Positions 43,906-53,677 of a stretch of DNA of 64,000 bases are shown piece by piece. The stretch covers positions 3,412 through 67,411 of the forward strand of contig JASFWK010000002.1 of the NCBI GenBank assembly GCA_050049355.1, in the 5' to 3' direction. The position numbers were made by a program, and so were the translations under genes. Under the pieces are notes generated by a model, which searched no databases, had not been told where the DNA came from, and was given only the letters and a program-made list of their open reading frames with translations. Numbering within the stretch: the first letter of the stretch is position 1; each line of letters begins with the position of its first letter. The stretch is from Anaerolineae bacterium (GTDB lineage: Bacteria > Chloroflexota > Anaerolineae > B4-G1 > DUEL01).

Positions 43906-44781
43906 TCATCTGCATCTCGCGACAGCCGCGCTCAGATGTGCCCCGAAAAGGGCAAGCCAGCTGCTCAGATAGATCCACAACATCAGGGCCACAACCGCTC
44001 CTAGCGAGCCGTACACAAGCTGGTATTGAGCCAGCTCACTGCTGAGGTACCATGTGAAGGCGCCTTTGGCGATCTCCCAAGCACAAGCGACCACTAGTGC
44101 GCCCCAGAATGCCTCTGACCATCTTGTCTGTGTGTTCGGCACCCACCGGTAGAGTCCCAGGAAGATCAGGAATGTAACCAGCCCGGGCAAGAGACTGGAA
44201 AGGATAGCCCACAGCGGCGTCCCGTAGATTGACACACCCTCCCACAGAGGCAACGACAGTCGCGGCAGCAGGGTCAGCAGGTGTGTTGACAGCAGCGAGA
44301 GGAGCAGAAGCGCCGCCAGCATCCCCACCATCCCCACTGCCACGAGACGTCTCTCTAAGAGACCACGGCGCTCCGCCCCCGTCCAGGCGCGGTTGATGTG
44401 ACGGGCCAAGACTGTGAAGACACCCGTTCCTGCCCAGAACAGGCCTGCCAATCCTACCACACCCACTGCCTCGCGCTGCTCAAGAACCTGCTGAATGTTC
44501 GATTCGATGAGCTCTTGGGAGACCGGGATGGCCTCTGTGACAGACCTAACCACCTCTCGATAGACCCACTCTCGCTGCAGAAAGAAGCTGCCGGCAGCTA
44601 CCAGAGCCAACAGCAACGGAAAGAGGGAGAAGATCGTGTAGTAGGCCATGCTGGCAGCGGCCTCCGATGCGCGAGCGTCGTTGAAGCTGCGAATGGCCTC
44701 CCTCACTACGTTGAGTGAACCGCCACTGTGATCGTTCATCCACCGATAGAGAGCTCTCAAGGATTTGGTCAGACCTACCAT
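43906..44781 (-). CDS. YihY/BrkB-family inner-membrane protein
   Basis: 291 aa, about 6 TM segments, with the family-typical N-terminus (FNDARASEAAASMAYYTIFSLFPLLL). Confidence 0.8.
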   Translation of the reverse strand: MVGLTKSLRALYRWMNDHSGGSLNVVREAIRSFNDARASEAAASMAYYTIFSLFPLLLALVAAGSFFLQREWVYREVVRSVTEAIPVSQELIESNIQQVLEQREAVGVVGLAGLFWAGTGVFTVLARHINRAWTGAERRGLLERRLVAVGMVGMLAALLLLSLLSTHLLTLLPRLSLPLWEGVSIYGTPLWAILSSLLPGLVTFLIFLGLYRWVPNTQTRWSEAFWGALVVACAWEIAKGAFTWYLSSELAQYQLVYGSLGAVVALMLWIYLSSWLALFGAHLSAAVARCR

Positions 44782-45029
44782 CTCCTACTTCCTTCCAGCG
44801 GACACAGCGCGATGGCTGCAATTACCCCACTCGGGTACGGAGACGGACCTCCGTCGCCGGCAAGTATTGCTCGGTCAAGAGCCGCCAGAGGAATCTGGAC
44901 AGGCACCTCTTCCTGCAACACCCACAGCCAAGGTTCTGCCCCCGCCCTCAGGTCATCTTTCAAATGAGGAGTGTGGATCCTCTCGTCAGAGAGGTCGAGA
45001 CCATAGTCCACTCCACACTGCTCACTCAC
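44775..45029 (-). CDS. possible small hypothetical protein (84 aa)
   Basis: A GTG at 45029 is preceded by GAGGG, 14 nt after the DUF72 stop. Its TAG overlaps the yihY ATG (ATGGTAG). It fills an otherwise empty 260-nt gap. No family recognised. Confidence 0.3.
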   Translation of the reverse strand: MSEQCGVDYGLDLSDERIHTPHLKDDLRAGAEPWLWVLQEEVPVQIPLAALDRAILAGDGGPSPYPSGVIAAIALCPLEGSRRW

Positions 45030-45042
45030 CAGAGTGCCCTCT

Positions 45043-45771
45043 TCAGAACATTGCCTGCAGTTCCAGGGCATTTTGCACCGCGTAGCCGGCCTCGTCATTG
45101 TCGAAGTAGCAGAATATCTCCCTTCCTCGCCTGATCCAGGCCGAAAACGCATCAGCCCATCCCGTCAGAGTCTCAGTGTCATACTTCCCCCGGTATGGGC
45201 CATAGGGGCCGTGGAGCCGGACATAGACGAAATCGGCTGTGATCTTCTTCGGCGATAGTCGACCCGGGAGATCGTAGATACAGAAGGCGGCTTCACGTTG
45301 CGCCAGCGCCTCGTACGCCCGAGCATTCAACCAGCTACCATCGCGAAACTCAAGAGCATACCGGTAGCCCCTGGGCAGTACCTCTAGAAAGGACACTAGC
45401 CGTTCACGATCGAAATGCCAGTTTGGCGGTAGTTGAAAGAGGATAGGGCCAAGCTTATCTCCCAGCAGATCGACCCTCCCCGTGAAGTTGGAAACCGGCT
45501 CCTGCGGATCTTTGAGCTTCTTCATATGGGTGATGTATCGACTGGCCTTGACCGAGAAGAGAAAACTCGCTGGTACGGTGTCGCGCCACCTAGCCACCGT
45601 CTCCTCGCTTGGCAGCTGATAGAACGTATTGTTGATCTCCACCGTCCTGAAATGGTCGGCGTAGTATTCGAGGAACTTCTCCTTTGGAAGCCCTTGGGGA
45701 TAGAAGGGGCCCTCCCAGTGTTCGTAGTGCCACCCGGATGTGCCGATGTGCAGGTCCTCCTTCCCGCTCAC
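45043..45771 (-). CDS. DUF72 (UPF0759) family protein
   Basis: 242 aa with IGTSGWHYEHW...FYP, YADHFRTVEINNTFY, FSVKASRYITH and YVRLHG blocks typical of DUF72. Confidence 0.85.
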   Translation of the reverse strand: MSGKEDLHIGTSGWHYEHWEGPFYPQGLPKEKFLEYYADHFRTVEINNTFYQLPSEETVARWRDTVPASFLFSVKASRYITHMKKLKDPQEPVSNFTGRVDLLGDKLGPILFQLPPNWHFDRERLVSFLEVLPRGYRYALEFRDGSWLNARAYEALAQREAAFCIYDLPGRLSPKKITADFVYVRLHGPYGPYRGKYDTETLTGWADAFSAWIRRGREIFCYFDNDEAGYAVQNALELQAMF

Positions 45772-46571
45772 TCCTCCAACCTCCGCGTCTGACAGTTGGG
45801 ACAGTGATAGGCGCTGCGCCCGCAGACCTTGACCCGTCCCAGGTCACCCCCACACTTTGGGCACTCCCCGTCGTTGCGCCGGTGGGGAATGATGTAGGAA
45901 TCCGGAAACCGGTTGGGATCCGCCTGACAATCTACGGCTGTGCGAAGCACCTCCCTCATCGCCTCGAACAGCTCCCCCAGCACCTCATCGTCCAGCTGGT
46001 TGATCTTCGCCCTGGGGTGAATGTCGACCTGGAAGAGGATCTCGTCAGCATAGATGTTGCCGATTCCAGCTACAATGTGCTGATTCATCAGCGTGGATTT
46101 CGTCATCCCTCGCCTCTCAGCGAGAGCCCTTCGAAAGGCCGCAAGGTCGAAGTCAGACGCCAAGGCATCTGGCCCCAGCCCTTTCTCCTCGATGAAGCTC
46201 TTCACATCTTCTATCAATCGGATCTTGCCCAGTTTCCTCTGGGCTTCGTAGGCCAGATGGTACCCATCGGAGAAGGTGATCAGAAGTCGATCGTAAGTGG
46301 GATCTTCCCCCATGTCGCTGAAGTACTTCAGACCTCCTGTCATCCCAAAGTGCAGCATCAACCACCTGCCGCTGTCGAGCGCCGCCAGGAGATACTTGCC
46401 GTGCCGTCGCGTCGATTCGAAGCTGCGGGCTTCGAGGCCCGCTGCAAGCTCGGCAGCAGAGATTCCTTCGAGTACCTGACAGCTGCGCACCTCGACCGTT
46501 TCGATCTCTTGACGTAGGGAGGTGGCGTCAAGATATCGCCTCAGAACCTCGACATCAGGCAGTTCCGGCAT
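45768..46571 (-). CDS. mutM: formamidopyrimidine-DNA glycosylase / Nei-family DNA glycosylase-AP lyase
   Basis: N-terminal MPELPDVE catalytic Pro-Glu, an H2TH segment (LMNQHIVAGIGNIYADEILF) and a C-terminal zinc finger CPKCGG...CPNCQ. Overlaps the DUF72 start by 4 nt. Confidence 0.85.
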   Translation of the reverse strand: MPELPDVEVLRRYLDATSLRQEIETVEVRSCQVLEGISAAELAAGLEARSFESTRRHGKYLLAALDSGRWLMLHFGMTGGLKYFSDMGEDPTYDRLLITFSDGYHLAYEAQRKLGKIRLIEDVKSFIEEKGLGPDALASDFDLAAFRRALAERRGMTKSTLMNQHIVAGIGNIYADEILFQVDIHPRAKINQLDDEVLGELFEAMREVLRTAVDCQADPNRFPDSYIIPHRRNDGECPKCGGDLGRVKVCGRSAYHCPNCQTRRLEE

Positions 46572-46669
46572 GATGCCTCCCAGTTGGCCTCCATCGTCAT
46601 CGCCATGCTTCTACGCAGGGCGCTCGCGATGCCATCTTTCCAAGATTCCGAATCTGCGTGATTCCTCAA

Positions 46670-47393
46670 CTACCGCAGAACCACGTCCATTCCGTCGTAG
46701 GCGATCTCCGCCTCGACCCCTCGCTCGCGGGCGAGGCTCTGGACCTTCGCCTCTATGATCCGCTCACCCCCCTCCACGATCTCCGCGCCGAGATGTGTGA
46801 AGATAGCTCGAGGCACGCCTGTCTTTCGGCACCAGGTGAGCTGCGTGCGCACCGGCGTGTGTCCGATCAAGCCATCGCCGATCTTGCGCACCATAGAGCG
46901 CGCGATGGTGGCACCATCCCCGACGTACAGCCTGGCTCCAAAGAGCGCTTCCTCCCGATCGTGTATCCAGACCACGTCGCGCGCGTAGAAATGACAACTT
47001 CCCCAGCCGTGATTCGGTATCCAACAGCCGGCGCGCGCGTGGAGTGATCAACCGGAAACGCCTCAAATGCGATCCCCTCGATCTCCACGGGTTGACGATT
47101 CGGCATCAACCTTCGGTCTTCGATGTGAAGGTCATCCATGCCCTCCCAGGATTCTTCAGTGGCGTAGACCGGACACGGAGCGCCGTCCCGCAGCCTCCAG
47201 GCGTGATCGGTATGGGCGTGGGTGACCACGATCGCCTGCACACTCCAACCCCCACCTCTCCCAGCCAATCCTCACCACAGTCAATGGCGACCTCCTTACC
47301 GCGGTATGAGACTGTCATTGAGCTGTGTCTGCGATGACGGACCGTTCTCGCATCGATGTTCCCCCGAGTGCCCAGGAACCTAAGCCTCAACAT
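46670..47393 (-). pseudogene. MBL-fold metallo-hydrolase disrupted by two frameshifts
   Basis: A continuous MBL-like sequence is split over three minus-strand frames. Frame 1: MLRLRFLGTRGN...AIDCGEDWLGEV. Frame 2: QAIVVTHAHTDHAW...FPVDHS...GYRITAG. Frame 3: VVWIHDREEALFG...IFTHLG. The shifts lie near 47245 (a C5/G5 run) and near 46985. Confidence 0.7.
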
Positions 47394-47744
47394 CTGTGAA
47401 CTGCTCAATAGCCTTCCGCCTCCAACTCCGGGGACGACCATCGGCGGTGCCCAAAGACACCGCTTTCACTCTGCTGAGCCGCCGCAGCTGGGCAGGGCTT
47501 CGTTGGCCCTTTAGCGCAATGGTTGGACCAGAAGAATCGGCTCCAGCCCGTTCACCACATTGCAGGGCAACCAGCAATCCAGGGAAACTGGTCAGCAACC
47601 GGCACACCGGGCGTGCGCCTCGCCGTACCTCACAAGAACGATTATAGCATGACCCATTCGCGCCGCCCACCACGGGGGACGCCGGTCGTTGGGGCTCGGT
47701 TCCTCCAGCGGCGCAGAGCAGCCAGGCGGCGTAGTAGGTGGCTC

Positions 47745-47773
47745 TTGACTCAGCCAACTACATCGCCTAAAAT
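47745..47773 (+). promoter_or_regulatory. candidate promoter of dinB (TTGACT-N17-TAAAAT)
   Basis: TTGACT at 47745-47750 and TAAAAT at 47768-47773. An AAGGAG RBS at about 47795 precedes the GTG at 47808. No GAAC-N4-GTTC box was seen here. Confidence 0.45.
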
Positions 47774-47807
47774 GCCGATGAGAGCAAACCCAGCAAGGAG
47801 CGGCAGG

Positions 47808-48872
47808 GTGTCTGAGAAAGCACGAACCATCATCCACCTGGATCTGGATGCCTTCTTCGCCGCCGTCGAGGTGTTGGAGAACCCCGACCTGAGGGGAAAG
47901 CCTCTGCTCGTCGGCGGACGGCCTGGGGAGAGGGGTGTGGTGGCCACAGCATCGTATCCGGCCCGCGAGTTCGGCGTCCGCTCGGCGATGCCGATGGCCC
48001 GAGCCTTGAAGCTCTGTCCCCAGGCCATCGTGCTGCCACCTCGCCACAACATCTACCGGAGCCACTCGCGCCGCGTGATGGAGATCCTCGACCAGACCTC
48101 AGCGCTTGTGGAACAGCTGAGCATCGACGAGGCATATCTCGACCTGACGGACCGGGTGACTGCCTGGGAGGAGGGGGGGGAGCTCGCGCGGCAGCTCCAA
48201 GGGCGAGTGAGTGACGAGGTTGGACTCTCGGCGTCGCTTGGAGTAGCAGCGAACAAGCAGGTAGCCAAGGTCGCCTCTGGCCACGACAAGCCCGGGGGGC
48301 TGACCGTAGTGCGGCCCGGAGAGGAAGCGGCTTTCCTGGCGCCATTGTCCGTGCGCGCGCTGTGGGGCGTGGGGCCGGTGACGGAGCGGAAGCTCGGCGC
48401 ACTCGGGGTGACGACGATCGGCCAACTGGCACAGCTCTCGGAGGAGGAGCTGGAGGAACACTTCGGCCAGCGCGGAGAGGATCTGGCCCGGCGGGCGCAG
48501 GGGATTGACAATCGCCCAGTGATCACGGAGCACCAACGCAAATCGGTGAGCCGAGAGAGGACCTTCAGGCGCGATCTGAGGCAGGCAAGGGCATTGCGCA
48601 GACAGCTATGGCGCCTGAGCCAGGGAGTGACCGAGCGCCTGCGCAGGGCAGACCTAGCGGCCGGCACGGTGGCGATCAAGCTGCGGTATGCGGATTTCAC
48701 CACGCTCACCCGGCAGATGACGCTAGACGTTCCGACGGATGATGAACACATGATCTACCAAGCAGCCTTGGTGTTGTTCGACCAGACATGGCAGCGCGGA
48801 CGGTCGGTGCGGCTGCTGGGGATAGCAGCGAGCCATCTCTCGCCTCCCACGGGACAGCTGCTGCTCTTCTGA
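47808..48872 (+). CDS. dinB: DNA polymerase IV (Y-family)
   Basis: IIHLDLDAFFAAVE, YPAREFGVRSAMP and SIDEAYLD are catalytic motifs of DinB. The GTG at 47808 lies 7 nt after AAGGAG. The track ORF from 47523 adds an implausible Arg/Pro-rich 95-aa extension. Confidence 0.9.
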   Translation: MSEKARTIIHLDLDAFFAAVEVLENPDLRGKPLLVGGRPGERGVVATASYPAREFGVRSAMPMARALKLCPQAIVLPPRHNIYRSHSRRVMEILDQTSALVEQLSIDEAYLDLTDRVTAWEEGGELARQLQGRVSDEVGLSASLGVAANKQVAKVASGHDKPGGLTVVRPGEEAAFLAPLSVRALWGVGPVTERKLGALGVTTIGQLAQLSEEELEEHFGQRGEDLARRAQGIDNRPVITEHQRKSVSRERTFRRDLRQARALRRQLWRLSQGVTERLRRADLAAGTVAIKLRYADFTTLTRQMTLDVPTDDEHMIYQAALVLFDQTWQRGRSVRLLGIAASHLSPPTGQLLLF

Positions 48873-48977
48873 AAAGATTGAGGGATCTGAGCAGAGAGTC
48901 ACACGCATTGCGCTTTTTGACCACATCGAGTAGGATAACCGGAGGGTGGACGAGCTGACGGAGCGGCGATAGGATAG

Positions 48978-49181
48978 ATGAAGGACGCATTGACCGAGGA
49001 CGGCGTTCGGGTTGAGGCCGGACCAAACGCCCCGGAGGTGGGGACCTGCCCCGCCTGTGGGGGGATCGTTGACCGGCGCCACCGACAGGACGGCACGGAA
49101 TCAGAGAGCGGCACCTGGTTCTACCGGCACCGGCGGGGTGAAGGCCCCAGCTGCCCGCGCCGGTCGGGACCGCGGTGGTGA
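48978..49181 (+). CDS. possible small Cys-containing protein (67 aa)
   Basis: ATG with a weak AGGA upstream and a CPACGG motif. Composition is only moderately protein-like. Confidence 0.25.
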   Translation: MKDALTEDGVRVEAGPNAPEVGTCPACGGIVDRRHRQDGTESESGTWFYRHRRGEGPSCPRRSGPRW

Positions 49182-49272
49182 CCCGCGCCTTCTCCCCGAG
49201 CACACAGCTGTCCCTCTTCCGTCCGGAGGATGACCTCTGAAGAAGATACCATCACTCAGCCTTTCCCTGCTG

Positions 49273-50643
49273 TTGGCGCTGGGCACGCTGGCAGTCCTAG
49301 GGCTGCTAGTTACACCTACGGCGGCTGGACCCCCGCCGCCCCCACCACGCGACCCGCTGGCGTCGGCCGCACTGGTCGGCCTCAATCAGGCCTGGTACCT
49401 CCAACGTGGCTATGGCGACGCAGGTTTCTCTCCAGCCCCTATCGCACGGGCCCATTTCCCCACGTCCATCTCAAGAGCCCAGATCGCCGCCAGCGACACG
49501 CTCACTCACCACGTCCATCTCCCACTGATTCGAAACGGAGGAATGAGTGAAGCCCGCGCGCTGTGGGTGACCCGTTGGGATTACAGCAGCGTCACTGATG
49601 TACGGACGCTAGCGGAAAACGCCGCCGGCGCCGGGTTCAACATGCTCCTCTTCCAGGTGCGCGGAACCGCGGACGCCTTCTATGCTCCGGGCCTGGAGCC
49701 CTGGGCGGCCCGGCTGGGTGAAGATGGGCTGGGGCAGGACCCCGGCTGGGATCCGCTACAGACTGCAGTCGAGACGGCACACGCCAACGGCCTGCAGCTG
49801 CACGCCTACGTCAACGTCTACACAGTCTGGGCAGGCACCTCGCCACCCCCTACGGACACGGTGCCCGCGCATCTCTTCTGGACGCTCTCGCACCGCTATC
49901 CCGAGGATGAATGGCGCGCCTGGACAGCCGAGGGTCCCATGACACTCACCGACGGCTATCTGTGGGCCACTCCAGCCCTCACTGACGTGGTGGACCGAGT
50001 CGTATCCGTCACGACGGACCTGGTGACCCGCTACGCCGTGGACGGCGTGCACCTCGACCTGGCACGGTATCCCGGCCGAGATTACTCCTACGATCCTTTC
50101 ACCGCAGCTGCCCTCGCAGGATCAGGTCTGTCACGCGACGAGTGGCAGCGAAGACGGGTCAACCTGCTCGTCGATCGCATCTACTCAGAGGTGATCCCCC
50201 TTCGCCCTGGTTTGCGCCTCTCCGCGGCGGTCTGGCCGGTCTACCGTGATCGCTGGGGATGGGGATACAGCGAGGGGTATGTCGACTACTATCAGGATTC
50301 CCAGAGCTGGATTCTAGATGGCTCGATCGACACCGTCATGCCAATGATCTACCCGGCGGACGTGAATGAGGATCCGAATGTGTTCACGCCCACCCAGTTC
50401 TCCCTGTTGACGTCGGACTTCCTGGCCCACGATGGCGGTCGCCACGTCTTCCCCGGGATCAGTGCGCAGTACCGCGATTTCGACGAGATTGCCCAGCGGA
50501 TTGCCATCGCTCGTGACCTGGGCGCACCGGGGCACGCGATCTTCTCGGCCCGGCTGGTGGACCAGAATGACCACTGGGACGACTTCGCCCTCGGACCCTA
50601 TGCGGCCCCGGCCGAGGTTCCGCGGCTCACCTGGCGTCCGTAG
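49273..50643 (+). CDS. secreted glycoside-hydrolase-like family 10 (GHL10/YngK-type) protein
   Basis: Hydrophobic signal-like N-terminus. The core ARALWVTRWDY...GFNMLLFQVRG..DAFY...EPW matches the GHL10 family. The true start may be a non-ATG codon a few codons upstream (the track start is a TTG). Confidence 0.75.
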   Translation: MALGTLAVLGLLVTPTAAGPPPPPPRDPLASAALVGLNQAWYLQRGYGDAGFSPAPIARAHFPTSISRAQIAASDTLTHHVHLPLIRNGGMSEARALWVTRWDYSSVTDVRTLAENAAGAGFNMLLFQVRGTADAFYAPGLEPWAARLGEDGLGQDPGWDPLQTAVETAHANGLQLHAYVNVYTVWAGTSPPPTDTVPAHLFWTLSHRYPEDEWRAWTAEGPMTLTDGYLWATPALTDVVDRVVSVTTDLVTRYAVDGVHLDLARYPGRDYSYDPFTAAALAGSGLSRDEWQRRRVNLLVDRIYSEVIPLRPGLRLSAAVWPVYRDRWGWGYSEGYVDYYQDSQSWILDGSIDTVMPMIYPADVNEDPNVFTPTQFSLLTSDFLAHDGGRHVFPGISAQYRDFDEIAQRIAIARDLGAPGHAIFSARLVDQNDHWDDFALGPYAAPAEVPRLTWRP

Positions 50644-50851
50644 CTGCCGCACTACGAATCTATCGTCCCACATCTGACGCACAGAGCCAGATTGTGTAAT
50701 GCAGCACCGCAGTTCTGGTCGCTCTCACTCTTGATCGAGCCGAGCGACAGATGCCCTCCACAGATCATTCCCCCTTACCGCTTACCCCCGCAGCGACGGC
50801 ACACCAGCTTCGGAACTCCCAAAACGATCGTGCACCCTCGGCCGAAGAGGC

Positions 50852-50903
50852 GAAAATGTTTTCCTAATTTTTCCTTGACAAAGGAAATAATTTCTGGTAT
50901 AAT
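50852..50903 (+). promoter_or_regulatory. consensus promoter P1 (TTGACA-N17-TATAAT) with two palindromic operator-like sites
   Basis: TTGACA at 50875-50880 and TATAAT at 50898-50903. The palindrome GAAATAATTTC (50884-50894) lies inside the spacer and GAAAATGTTTTC (50852-50863) lies upstream of the -35. About 27 of 31 positions are shared with P2 at 59472-59500. Confidence 0.7.
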
Positions 50904-50909
50904 CTACAG

Positions 50910-51773
50910 GCAGAGGGGTGCTGAACGCAGGAAGAGAACCTGAAAGCGTCGACCCGAGGGCGAAGCAAGCTCTTCGAGCCGCAGGCGCGGAAGGGTGATC
51001 TTTCCCCAAGACCGGGAGTAGCTTCGTTCCCCCTACCTCATCATCGACATCAGAGCCGTAGATTGATCCTGTACCCTGATGGCCAGAGACTGCCGCAGCA
51101 GAGACTGGCCGATTCACCAGTTTCCTGTCCCAGGACGAGTTCCCGGTATCGGGGGAAACTTGCTCCGCCTATGTCTCATGGAGCAATCGGCCTTTCGACC
51201 CACCCTGCCGCGTCTGGTCCTCCTCCGCCGTATGGAATCCCCAGTTTGACCGCAGTGTGGTCATTGCCCCTCTTACTAGTGGAGCACCGATTCGAACCAC
51301 GACAGCGTGGGACTGGCCAAGGGATCTGGAACCGCGAAAAGCCTTTCGGCTCAAATCACGATCCGCAGACTCGGTGGACGCCGAGATGGATTCAGCTCTT
51401 TGACAGCGGAATCTGTGAATGAAGTGACCTCCGGCCGCCTCTCGTCTTGCTCTCTGTCCTCAATAGCACTGTAGTTCCACCGGAAGTGGAAGAAGGGGGC
51501 AACTCCGGGCCGAGTTTCTGCCATCGCCGGTCGGGCGGAGGTCGCAAGCTGCCCTGACTGCTCATCTGGACTCAAGAAGTCTTATCGCTAGAGAATGGGG
51601 GCGCGTTGTCAGACCGTTGAGTGTCTTTGGCGACTTACCTCTCCTGAAAGCGCAGGCCAGGACTCTCCAACGAAATTCGCCGAAGAAAGGAGGTGACACA
51701 GCAGACAATCGACCTCGGCCGAAGAGAATGCCCATGACAAACAAGAAGGAATCCATACAGGGAGGAAAGAAGG
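50910..51773 (+). other. about 865-nt region between promoter P1 and the first ABC gene with no credible ORF: long leader or candidate structured RNA
   Basis: All six-frame ORFs here have off-frame-like composition (Pro/Arg/Ser/Gly-rich). Several local hairpins are present, for example 51081-51110 and 51142-51153. No known RNA family recognised. Confidence 0.35.
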
Positions 51774-53462
<1,689 letters not shown>

Positions 53463-53480
53463 CCGGCAACCCCGAATCGA

Positions 53481-53528
53481 GGTGGGGTAGATTGATGTAC
53501 TCAATCCGAGACGCCAATCTACCCCACC
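53481..53528 (+). other. perfect 14-bp stem-loop just after the SBP gene (intra-operon attenuator or mRNA-stabilising hairpin)
   Basis: GGTGGGGTAGATTG-(20 nt)-CAATCTACCCCACC, with no following T-tract. Confidence 0.5.
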
Positions 53529-53677
53529 CACTTTCATTCCGCTTGAGTAGAGCCCAGACGCCTCGAGAGACAGCAGTGGTATCACACGTGGTCGGCGGAG
53601 GGGTCGCCGCCAGCTGACCGAGTCTCTCCCACTTTGCTCAAACTCGAGGCTTCAGACCCACTTGGAGTATTGCGAGT

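Noticed and set aside
47523-47807. An N-terminal 95-codon extension of dinB, as given in the ORF track.
   Set aside because: The extension is Arg/Pro-rich and non-protein-like, and it overlaps the predicted promoter. A GTG with an AAGGAG RBS sits exactly where DinB homologues begin (IIHLDLDAFF).
50836-50849. The 14-bp direct repeat CCTCGGCCGAAGAG at 50836-50849 and 51713-51726 brackets the promoter plus leader. CCTGAAAGCG is also repeated at about 50938 and 51641. This could be a target-site duplication of an inserted element.
   Set aside because: No inverted repeats, integrase or transposase lie between the copies. The secondary repeat is in the opposite order relative to the first. A few chance 14-mers are expected in 64 kb of biased sequence.
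51289-51298. GGTTCGAATC (minus strand), resembling a tRNA/tmRNA T-loop within the leader region.
   Set aside because: The flanking bases do not form a T-stem (G-G clash and several wobbles), and no acceptor stem or CCA context is present.
51327-51336. T-box-like string TGGAACCGCG in the long leader, resembling the UGGN-ACCGCG core of T-box riboswitches.
   Set aside because: I could not build the antiterminator helices around it. The flanking GGGATC/GATCC pairing leaves a non-canonical bulge and a mismatched inner helix. I also could not find a specifier loop or Stem I features. A 10-mer match is weak evidence. It remains worth a covariance-model scan.
50904-51773. A cobalamin (or other known) riboswitch in the leader, given the B12-related genes downstream.
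   Set aside because: I could not find the B12 box (AGCCAGGAGACCTGCC-like) or the GCCACTG / GGGAAGGC elements, only loose partial resemblances. Known motifs for ykkC, ZTP, glycine and SAM riboswitches were not recognisable either.
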